A stretch of DNA of 60,000 nt from Laetmonice hystrix (taxonomy: Eukaryota): NCBI GenBank assembly GCA_965235115.1, contig OZ249436.1, positions 10,542,001 to 10,602,000 of the forward strand. Reading direction: 5' to 3'. The position numbers were made by a program, and so were the translations under genes. This document shows positions 25,840 through 37,000 of the stretch, piece by piece (position 1 is the stretch's first letter; the number at the start of each line of letters is the position of its first letter). The notes beneath the pieces are model-generated. The model had not been told where the DNA came from. It searched no databases and saw only the letters and a program-made list of their open reading frames with translations.

Positions 25840-26972
25840 TTGGTAGCATGGCTCCCTGATGTTATGTGAAAATCGAACTTGTCCAAGATACTGGCCATAT
25901 GAACCCATGTAGAAAGTTTCATTGAAATCCACTGTAATTTGTTCGAATTATTGCACTGAAACCAGTCCCAAGCATGACCAATGAGGGTACATTGTACATC
26001 CCCTGTGCTAACTTAAAATCCACGAAATTCTGTCGGAAGTAAAGATCCATAGCTCTGACCTTATCCTAACCCCGGTCCCTACACCTCCCCAAAACATTTC
26101 CCTATCCTATCCTGACCTGCTTAATCCGAACCCCTGCCTACAAATTTTGTGAGGAAGTTACCATGCAGTCCACCAATCAGGCGCCGGTTGACATACTTAC
26201 ACTGGTTACAGTAACCGGATTTTGCTTATTTTCCAACTTGTTTGAGGTACCGGCTATATGAACACACGTTCAGTTTTTTTGAAATCCTTCGTGATTTGTC
26301 CAAGTTATTGGGCTGAAACCAATCCCAAGCACAACCAACGAGAGGCATGCTGATCTACTTATGCCACATGGATTTTGCTCATTATCGAACTCCGAGATAT
26401 TCGCCACATGAACCCACGTTCAAAATTTCATTGAAATTCATCTCGAATTGCTAAGGTTATTGCGTTGGAACCAAATCCCAAGCAGAAACAATGAGACCAG
26501 CCGACCTACTTGCAGTGGATGGATTTCGCTCATTATCGAACTTGTCCGAGATATTGACCACATGAACCCATTTAGAAAGTTTCATTGAAATCCATCACAA
26601 TTTCTTGTTACAGCGCTAAAACGAAATCCCAAGCACAACCAATGCGAGGCCTGTGGACCTTACGCAGGCCGTCTTTTGAAAACAAGCCCCATCAGTAACT
26701 TCTGGGAAATAGAGACAGGAGCTATATTATATCCTTATAGGCCTAGGGCCTTAGAAGCTATCGCGGGCGCCATGTATAGCACTCCTACAGTGCATGGATT
26801 TTGCTCATTATTGAACTCGTCCGAGATATTGGCCATATGAACTTATGTTTAAAGTTTTGTTTAAAATCCATTAAGATTTGTTGCAGTTATCTTGTTGAAA
26901 CCAAATTGTTAATGGATGGAGAGACGCACCATCACATACGCTCGACTAGCTTCCAGCCAGCAGAGCTAAAAC
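25840..26972. repeat. Degenerate tandem array within a probable non-autonomous Helentron/DINE-like element
   Basis: About five diverged copies of ATCGAACTTGTCCGAGATATTGGCCATATGAACCC..AAGTTTCATTGAAATCC..GTTATTG..GAAACC, ending GAGCTAAAA. Interrupted at ~26015-26140 by a repeat also present at ~975-1060. Confidence 0.65.
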
Positions 26973-27568
26973 TTATGATAACCTCACTCCAATGCAATTT
27001 TGTGCAGTGATCCTTGATTAATTAACACATAACAGAAAACAATGGAATACATTTACACTTATATTAGCATTTAGTAAGACTTACAATTACATAATGAAAG
27101 ACAATCAACCAGAGGGTTCTGGACTGCAATGTATAATATGACCACATTCCTCTACCTCAATAGAAAATAATGTAAAGCTATAGATCTATTTGAATACTGG
27201 TCTATGTAACGAGGCATACAATGTGTACAATTGGCCCCCTCTGAAATGGTGCCTCTGACTTTAGTCTACAAGTCATTAATGTGTAAATCTAAATTTCAGG
27301 GGAATCCTGGTAGACAGTTTCCATCTCTATTTTTCTCAACAACTCTTCTTAAGGAAATTTACTGGTAATATAATTAAAAGATGTTATGTACAGATTCAGA
27401 TGTTTTTACAACAGAAAAGAGGTATCACATTATGGAGCGTTACCTTCAATGATTTTTCATAGCATCAGTACAGGCAGTTTCCACTTTCACAAAATGAAAT
27501 TTGTTGCATGATTTTCCGATTCTACCGTGCCACAGAGTAAAGTTTTTCCTTGAGAGCATTTCTCTCTT

Positions 27569-30546
27569 CTAAGCTTGCTCTAGTTCAACAAGAACACCCC
27601 CACAGTCCTTTGGGTGTAAAAACATGACTGGTTTGCCATGAGCTCCTATCTTAGTTTCCTTGGCAAGTGTTCGTATGTTCTTTCCCTTCACGTCTGCTAC
27701 TGCAGCATCAATGTCGTCCACCTATGAGATACATTGAAAACATTGGTGCCTAAGTTATGGATTAGAAATTACATGATTCATTTACTAACTTATATTAAAG
27801 GATAATCATATACTTCTTGAAAACCCGTTTTGTTCAAGGAATACTTTAGGGATGATTTTTAGTCACGGTGAACAGAATATTTCATCGAAAAAATTCAAGC
27901 ACTTTTCAAGGCCATTTGATTTCAAACCTGGGCTTGTATGGTCAGTTAATAGGACTGTATTGGACTATCCTGCCAAATGCAGATCAAATGACCTGAATCC
28001 TTTCAATTTTTTGTTTTGCAACAATGCAGAGAAATGCCAACGCCAGCTCCGAGCAGTCAAATTATCTACGAAATTAAGACTAAAGCATGCCCCGATTTCT
28101 TTACTGCCCCCTCCAAAGTTCAAAGATAAAATACAGCAATTCAAGCACTTTTCAAGGTTTTTATTCTTTTTTCAAGACCCTGTCAAAATTCAATTACTTT
28201 TCAAGCTGGGCCTGAAAATTCAAGCACCCTCTCAGTGCAGGACATAATTATTTTTAGCTCCAGGAAAAGCTAAGTATGGTACTCCGAATTCCAATACAAA
28301 CCTCAATACAAATATGGTGCATTCCTCCCGACTTATTTTTTTCAAGGAAACTGCTGATTGGACTGTCCTGGCCAAGAGGATGAAGGAGCTGTAGGATAAT
28401 GATGTAAAACTTTTCAATCAAAGATACTTGAGTATTTCTAAACTTAATTAACCATAGTGAAATCAAAATCAATACTTGTAAGTCAGCATAAGATATATTA
28501 TCTGACAGACTTCTGGCATCTGTGTATTTTACTTGGCCAAGTTATCTTAATCCTAAATCTAGATTTGAAATTAGGCCAGTTTGAAAAATCAGGAAATCAG
28601 ATAACAGTAACTAAACCTCTATTTTTGTATCACCAAGCTGCACAAACACAGTGTAGACACCATGGTCGGGCTGAGGCTGCAATAGACGACCAAATTCAAC
28701 TAAATGTCTATAAATGGCTGAACATTGATCTTGCAAAGGAAGTTCCATGAAAATGATTTTAAAGCCATAAGTGTGGCTTATAAATGCACTTATAATTTTA
28801 TGTTAAGGACACAACATACCTAAGGGGCTGAAACTAACAATTACCATTAATGATGTACTTTTTATCTTCAACTGGCAAAATTTCTGTGTTAGTGTTTTCT
28901 TAAAATTTGCTACTGAGATACTTAGTGATATCCTAAGACACTTACCTCAGGGTTGCTAACCTTTGCACCCAAAATGTCCCGGTACAGTTCAGAAGCCTTT
29001 TCCAAGTTTGGGACAGCTATTGCAACATGGTTCAATTTTCCGATATTCCATAACCGTGTTGGTATTTTCTGTTTAACATGTTATATGATTAATAGTGGCT
29101 GCGACTGTAGAACATTGTATCCACATGTTTTCAATATATTCAAGGGCTCTCTCAATACAATTCCACACTGTAATTGTTCAAGATGACATCAAATTATTGC
29201 ATCATCCAACCATTAGACTGAATGAATGTTAAACATTTATAAATAAATAAATCATTGTAACTAGATTTAGAAGACTTTATGATCTTTGCCAAGTGTACCT
29301 GTATGTAAAGAATGCCTGAATAGCAGTTTACATTTGCATTTTATCAAAGATTTTGCCTCTCCTCTTTTTCTTTTCTCAAAAATAAGCTTAGAGTAAAGTG
29401 ATCAAGAAAAGTTTGAAATATGTATTTCGCCAAATAATTTATCACTAACCTGTTCATCAAGACAAAAAGGAGTCTTTGAAAATGTTCGCAGACTACAACC
29501 CTGTAACAGAAATAAAAGTATCATGTACGTACATAATTACATAATAACAATGAAACCAGTTTCGGGGACTAGTCCTGAGCGATCTAACTTTTATCAGTTC
29601 CCCGTCACTCGGTGTGCACCGATGGCTGACCGGACGTTATATTTATCCAATAATCATAATCAAGGTTGGAATAGAAATTTCAATACCATTGCGCTCTATA
29701 AAAATCGATTTCATGCTCTGTGCCAGACTGTGGAAGAAGTTTAGTATACTAAAACGAAGGCTACAAAGTGGTTATGAGAAATCTCTTCCCAGTTCCCGGT
29801 CACTCGGTGTGCACCGATGGCTGACCGGATGTTATATTTATCCAATAATCATAATCAAGGTTGGAATAGAAATTTCAATACCATTGCGCTCTATAAAAAT
29901 CGATTTCATGCTCTGTGCCAGACTGTGGAAGAAGTTTAGTATACTAAAACGAAGGCTACAAAGTGGTTATGAGAAATCTCTTCCCAGAGCAGCCAGGAGT
30001 CACGTGCCCAGGGTAACTCCCCAAATAAACTGTGACACCGAAGACACCGTTTAGAAACTGAACTACTGGCCGGGGGCCCTGACCCTGTCCCTGGCCCTGG
30101 GACCCCAATTTCAAAATTGCTAGCGCAAAGACTGTATAGCACTGCCTAGAAAAAAAACCTAAGCTAGGTTATTTATCTTCCTCTTCTACCCCCGCCTCAG
30201 GTAAACCCTGCACTATCTGATAGCACTGTTCTGAAACCACTATTTATGACAGACGTCCTGGCGTTGCTGGTAACGTTACGTTACCCGGTACGAGGAGACT
30301 CTGAAACGGCGGTAGCCTAACCCAACTCAAGCGCCCAGCCAAAGTAACCCGAGCCCAAGGACAAGGTCCAGTCAATGACGTTTTCTCTGCAATAGCAGGA
30401 TGGCAATATATAAAAAAACAATAACCCCGCTCTCTATCTCCTATACTCTATGTACCATAAGTTTTATATATACACATTTGCAGGTTAATACTTACCAGTT
30501 GTTTTAATACCGACGGAAACTTTCTCGTAAGTGATAGGGTCGCCAT
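27569..30546 (-). CDS. MCEE: Methylmalonyl-CoA epimerase, mitochondrial, 6 exons, 174 aa
   Basis: Exons (minus): 30546-30496, 29500-29450, 29068-28946, 28676-28617, 28388-28302, 27721-27569, all introns phase 0. Basic N-terminal presequence, then WNIGKLNHVAIAVPNL, HGVYTVFV, KIELLHPLG, GGMHHICIEVDDI and KIGAHGKPVMFLHPKDCGGVLVELEQA. Confidence 0.97.
29578..30065 (+). repeat. Dispersed repeat (copy 2, MCEE intron 1) with an internal 194-bp tandem duplication
   Basis: Two almost identical 194-bp units starting at 29596 and 29790; homologous to 5975-6297. Confidence 0.9.
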
Positions 30547-30878
30547 GTTGACTTTTAGTGTCCACTACGGAGTATCCGTGCCAAACTTTACGGCTGTCAC
30601 GTCCAAGCCAAGTGGTCACGCCAATCTCAGATAGGCCTAGATCTATACAAAAAGGGTCTAATATATACCCAAATATAGGTGTGTTTTGCTATTCTAAGGA
30701 TATCAATGAAAATCATGCGCTCTGTCTCTAGCCCTCAAAAGCCTGACATGCTCCGGTCCGTTAGCTGGCGCCACCTTCCGTTCAATGGCCAAATCAAAAG
30801 GAGGGGGTTATTATTTTCTTAGACCCTGCTTTCAACAATATGGCGGCGCCCAGAAGCCCGAGTTTGGGATAAAAACAG
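30547..30878. promoter_or_regulatory. Bidirectional promoter MCEE/AGGF1 and probable non-coding AGGF1 exon 1
   Basis: MCEE ATG at 30546 (minus), YY1-like AATATGGCGGC at ~30837, and a CAG|GTAGGC donor at 30878 on the plus strand. Confidence 0.6.
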
Positions 30879-31241
30879 GTAGGCTACTCGCATGTAACCG
30901 AAATATTCACACCTCACGTGATATCTTAGGACAATTAATCGGATATCAGATAGATTGCCCTCAAATTTTCTGGTGTCATAAAGTGATAAACGAATTTGAA
31001 GATTTAGTCTTGCGCTGAGCCTTGCTTGAGCCTTGAGGCTTGACTTGCTGGTCAGGTTAGCCAGCCTGAAAACTCACTATTGACTCAGTTAGTCAGTCCT
31101 GTCTTGAGCCTGAGCGCTGAGTACAGTGTCAGTAGACAGTACTGACAGTCACAGTGACAGTCAGTACTGTACTGTTGTTAGTCTACTCAACGTGCTCAAC
31201 CTGTCAGTGACAGTGTCAACCCCTGGGGCTCATTTCGCTTA

Positions 31242-31765
31242 GGGCCCAAACACACAGGGCGTGCGCGTCGCCGAGCGTCGCGTGCACGCGCGTGTATGCA
31301 CGCGCGTGCACGCGCGTGGGACCAAACACACTGTACTGGCGGAAAGCGTGTTACCGCACGCTTGTCGCAGGTTTCCATCACAACCTGAGTGACGTGAATA
31401 GAATAGAATAGTATAGAAAAGAATAGTAGAGATGGATCCATTTAGGCCTACTAACTCTTCTAACTATGACATGTTGAAAAGATGACACAGACAAGTTGAT
31501 AGAGGTCAATTAGGCCTACTAAAAAATGTAGGTCAAAATGCTGCAATCTGATTCGACAAGGAATGGCGGTGAAGCGTTGCGTGGCGTGCAAACAATTGCT
31601 TGGGGATTGTTTGGACGCGACGCTAGGCGACGCGACGCTAGGTGACGCGCACGCCTAGTGTGTTTGGCCATATTGAAATTGCATTGGGAATTATTGGCGT
31701 GCGTGTGCACGTGCGTGCGTGGCGGTGCGTGTGCGTGCACGCGCACGCCTAGTGTGTTTGGGCCC
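31242..31765. mobile_element. PIF/Harbinger-like MITE in AGGF1 intron 1
   Basis: TIR GGGCCCAAACACAC / GTGTGTTTGGGCCC; TTA TSD; CG-rich subterminal inverted repeats. Confidence 0.85.
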
Positions 31766-33009
31766 TTAGACGGAGTATCGTCCCCCCCAGTGTGTAGGGA
31801 CGGACAGCGTTAACGCGAAAAACCCTACCTCCTATGTCAATCACTCGCTGTGCAAAATCCATCGTAACTACTGCCAGTTGAGGTGTCAATTCTAACGCAG
31901 CCCATCTTCTGTTCCTCTGCTGCACACTTTTCCGAGGATTTTTGCCTAAAGTTTTAATAAATCAGACTTTCGAAATTCCGAATCGCGCTGGTTCACTGCC
32001 GTTAGCCGCCATACTGTTTGTTCTACTGCGCATGTTCAAAACATGCGCACTGGCGACCAGCAGGGGAGCATTCATTATTCTAGACCAAACAGCAATTCCT
32101 CCATTATGGCGCCAAACTAATAGCCAACGTTTGAAATGACTGCTCCCTTCGTGAGCTTGACCCCAGATGTGGGTTTACAGAAATGGCGCCGGTTGTAAGA
32201 CTATGGAAAGTGGTCGCTTGGTTTGGAAAATTGGCCGAATCTGTTGCTTAGAGGAACACCAAGTAAGTTCATTGGGCTCAGTAGCTGAAGGTAAAGGCAA
32301 TCTTTTATTTGAAGTGATGGAAGAGGTGCGGACGCACATTAATTTTTCGGGTTGAACGTTTGGTCTCGTAGCCCGATCGCTAGAGGATAGGCCGTGTATA
32401 CACACGGCCTATGTTAGAAGCTACATTTCGCTAAGACTGTACGAGCTCGTATATGGCGTTATAGCGAGCGCAGCGAGCCGCGTAGCGGCTCGCGAAGCGA
32501 GCTCTATGACAACACGTGTGAAACGGTAGCCAAGGTGACACATACCGTCTCACCAAAAAATTTCGTCACGTAAAACCGGACTTGGAAAAACCATGGAGCA
32601 AATCCATGGAGAAATCCATGGAGGGTCATGTGACCCTTGCAGAGCGTGTGCGATTTGTGACGTCACAGTGAACAAACGGTCGCGTGAGTGTTTGTTCACT
32701 GTGACGCCACAATATCCCGACGTCCGTGCTGCAAGTGACCAGTCCTGACATTGTATATTGTTATAGTTGTAGGCCTCCTGTCGCTGCGCTCGTCCTCTAG
32801 GTAGCACCTACATCATATTACTTAAGTTATCGTAAGTTGCAAGAAAAATCTTGTAGGCTAATAATTTTGCTAATAATGTTAAATGTAGGCACTTGTGAAA
32901 GCGGCGCCAAGCGTACGCGATCGCGTCGACCTCCCAAACTTTTTGTGACACTGGCCCTAGCATAAATGTCAGCGACTTAGCGGAACGTACAGCGTGTAGG
33001 CCTACATCT

Positions 33010-33189
33010 CATAGGCGTCGAAACCAGGGGGGGGGGGCGCCCGGGGGCGCCCTCTCCCTGTGATCCAAGCTGAACCTCACTCAGCCATATTTATCAGCCT
33101 ATTTTGTCAATGAGTGGGCCAGAACAGGGACACAGTCGGCCTAGGCTGACTTCAGCCCCCCCTGGAAAAAGTATCTTCCGATGCTACTG
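33010..33189. mobile_element. Poly-G MITE with 5-bp TSD
   Basis: Termini CATAGGCGTCG / CGATGCTACTG; exact TSD catct. Confidence 0.75.
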
Positions 33190-33615
33190 CATCTAGTATG
33201 GTAGGCCTAATCATTAATCTTTTTGCTAGGCATATGCTATGGCATATACAGCCTTATCTGCGAGTTTCCAATTACACGTAATTGACATTTAATCGACCAA
33301 TCACAATAGAGCAAATGTGAACACCCCACAACACCACCCTGGTGCCACCCTGGGAAATTAAGTGAAAGTACCTTCCGTTTGAAGTTGCATGGCTTAGTGG
33401 ATGTTGACGTCACATTCACCCGGCTTATTTCTAATGTCACAAACGTGTGATGCCATAACAGCGTTTTGCAGTGCGCCTTTGGCGGTGCACACTGTGCACT
33501 ATTATCTACAGAAAATACGAGCTAAAGTAGGAGTGTTTAGTGAAACGGTCCCCCTAACTACTAACGTTTAGCCTTAGATTAGGCCTATTGACTCCTGTGA
33601 CTATCGACTGTACTG

Positions 33616-33807
33616 CAGACCTGCCAACTAGGCTACTACAAATTTTACATAGCAAGTACGCATTTGGCACTCCAACTAAGCTGCTATGCTGTTGTGTCCT
33701 TAGTCCTTTATATACTACGCAAAATGGCCAATTCCCCCCCCCCCCCACCAGCTGGAAGGGATATCCCCCTCCCACACCTGCCCCCTTTGGTAAAGTTGGC
33801 AGGTCTG
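33616..33807. mobile_element. MITE
   Basis: Perfect TIR CAGACCTGCCAACT / AGTTGGCAGGTCTG, related to the termini at 10813-11191. Confidence 0.8.
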
Positions 33808-34043
33808 CATACTCTAAAATGTAAGTTACGTTAGAGTAGACTGCAGTGAGTCTGATACTGTAACTTGTTGTACATACAGTAATATGTCCAATACTCAAAA
33901 GATAGTTGTACTCAAGTGTTATTATAACATTCCTGGCTGCCAGAAATTGAAATTTAGCTCCAAAAACTTGAGAATCATTTGTCCCATATCTCACATTCCA
34001 GAAAAAAAAAATTCATCATAAAATTTGTCAGGACAACCTCACC

Positions 34044-37000
34044 ATGCCCAGCAGTGAAGAGGGTGAGATAAACACAGAGGCATTGGAAGCAAGAGTGGCA
34101 GATTTGGAACGGGAGCTGCGTGCCACTCAATCTGAGCTCAGTGATGCCCTTAGGAAGCTTGCCCGTTGTGAGCGACACTATGCCAAGGCAAACAAGGTAA
34201 ATGAGGATCTCCGTCACCAGATGAGGGATCTGAGTAGTGAACTACATGGCTACAGACGGGCTAGCAGATCAAGAATTGATGTCTCGACACAGACCGAGAT
34301 CAAGCCATCAGGAAGCCACCCCCAAGACTTTAATGTACAAGGGACAGATCAACTCCAAGGTAAATACAGAAGATTGATTACCGGGTATTTGTTTATTGTT
34401 TTTTTTATATTGATAACATCTGTATAGTGCAAGTACCAAAGCTGTTATCACTTATTTAGTTTTTTCTGGCAAATGCTTTATATTTTGTAATTTGTATGTA
34501 AAGATATATCCTAAATCTGGGAATTGTGATTAAATATTAAATACAGGTACGGCACACTAAGATCCAACCAGCTATAAATTTAAATGTGGAATCACAAGGT
34601 TATCACAAAGAAAACTTCCATGGTGGATCATGTTGGCCTGACAAGGTGTACAAGGGGTTTTGTTTAGATCTGTACTTTTGTAATTAGGGTAGGTCAAGAG
34701 CTAAGATAGAGCATAACTTAGTATCTATGGCCTATCTACAGAGATTTATGGCTGTACAGCTTTGAATTGATGCAGTATACTTTGTACTTAAAGCAACGAA
34801 AAATATTTATATCACATAGGGCTGCACTGGTAGACCAATCCTATACCTTGCACCTTGGACCTCTAAAAAAATCAGAAAAAAATGATCAAAAAAGTAATCG
34901 TTAAAAATCCACCGCTATTCCTCACCGGCCGTTCTCTGCCATCTTGTGCCAAGAACATGGGGTTCCCCACTTGGCAAATGACGTCACTTGTGCGTACCCC
35001 ATTCCATGTGGCGGGACACCATAGACTATGGTACAAGGTGTCTAAGCAGTGACGCGGTAGCAGTAGGCACCGAGAGCCGCCAACATAGCTATTTATAGCG
35101 CTAGTCTTCGGTCTTTTCGAATTGAGTGCAGCCGATCCCTATCCCGCTCTCTACCGGTTGAGGCCCTTGCTTCAACAAGCATAGGCCGAACCGACCAGCC
35201 GAGGGCGAGGCCCCCTACACGTCCGGGCCGAACGGACCGGCCCAGGTCCCCTACAAGCCCCGGCACCAAGCGGCCGGCGGGCCGGCGGGAGTTTGAGCGA
35301 GTAAGCGAACGGGCGAGTGACCGGCCACCGCTCCCTCGCTCACCCCGGGCAGGCTCAGCGACCACCTGATGGGGCTCATATGACGGGCTCATTTCGCGGT
35401 GAGCTCAAGTGACGTGATATCTCCAGGAACAAGGCCTGACTGTAGGACTGACAGTCTCAGACTGCAGCTGAGGGTGACGGTCAGCCGCGAACAGCCCCAA
35501 AGCAATGCTGGGGACGGGGGCTGACTGCATGTCGCTCAAGCTGCCTGAGCGACAGTCTATAACATTATCATGAACCTCTCCCTTTCTCGACTCCACTAGT
35601 CTCCAGTACTTTTAAAACTTGGACTAAAGTCCAAACGACTTGTAAAGTTGTATAGGAGGAGTGTAGACGCGTATGAAGGATACCAAGTTTTACCCCTGAA
35701 TGAATGGCGGCAGGGCTGTGGTTCGACTTAGTGACGTCATGAGTCCTGGAATCCCGCTCTTTTTTGATTGGTTAATACGATGGGCGTGGCAAAAATGGCG
35801 GTCTACTCCAATATTCGTGCCTTCTATAGAGCACACCTCTTTCTATTATCGAATTCTCTATTCTGAACAGCCTATTGGGTTCAATTTTGGGCTGGAAAGA
35901 AGCTTTAAGGTAAGAAGCACATGTACAGACAGCTGAAAAGCTAATATTTTGCCTTTCTTTAACAGAAAGTAGTACAGAGCAGAAAGCTGGAGAATTTGAT
36001 GAAAATGGCATGCCTGTGTGGACAACAGGAAACGCAGACAATGATAATCAGGTAATGTACAGTGAGAAAAATTATATTAATTATAATACAGAACCTGTTT
36101 GATGTAGAATTAACTTTAGCATTGTGTTGGCATATTATCTTGGCTAAGGTGGTGAAAAACTAAAGGAGTTTCGTTTAGCAAAGGTCAATCAATTTTGTAT
36201 AACATCCGACTCAGTGTAGGCCTAAGAGTACCTTAAATGACAGAATATTAGCTAGGTTGCCTTAAAATAAATTATATAAGATGTCAATTTCATTTCAGAA
36301 TGAAGCTGTGTATAGTATTGCAGAAGGTCTAAAAGCTGCTGCGGAGGAAGCTCTAAATCAGTCAGGCTTTATTTATGATGAAAACTCTGGCCTTTATTAT
36401 GACAACAACTCTGGATACTACTATGATGCTGTAAGTTATTTGTAGGCTATGCATTACATTTTTACAGTACATTCAAACATGCTCTCTGCATGTGACCCTG
36501 TGTATTCAGAATGTTCTAACAGAGCTTCAGCTAGAGCCCTGAATCTCACCTGTTGTAAGCTTTTGTGCAGAATCTGGCCAGTTTTATGCAGGACTGTTCA
36601 GGTGAGGAGGGAAAGCAGTAAAACATCATTTTAAAGACAATGATCCTAAACACCATTGAGTAAAGCAACAAACATTTCTAACGATTGATCATGGATCAAT
36701 ATGCAGTCATTCTTATAGTTCCTTTCTAATGCCCTCTTTAATTTCCTTCAACAGGAGAGATCATTGTACTATGAGCCTAGTTGTGGAACATACTACTACT
36801 ATGACCATGGCACACAGACTTACAAAATCCACTCTCAAGTCGACATGTCCCAGTATTGTAAAGAAGGCAGTCAGGAGGATCAGTATCACAGATACCAGAA
36901 GAGTTCACACGGAAATAAACCTTCCAAGAGAAGGCAGAAAAAAGACGACATGGAAACAGCCATTCCTACAAAGGTTAGTGCCAATACGGTATTTAAGTAC

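Noticed and set aside
29614..30054. 146-aa ORF with an internal repeat
   Set aside because: It is produced by the 194-bp tandem duplication of a non-coding repeat in MCEE intron 1.
35093..35596. GC-rich ORFs in an AGGF1 intron
   Set aside because: Low-complexity Arg/Gly translations inside a probable non-autonomous element, with no transposase motifs.
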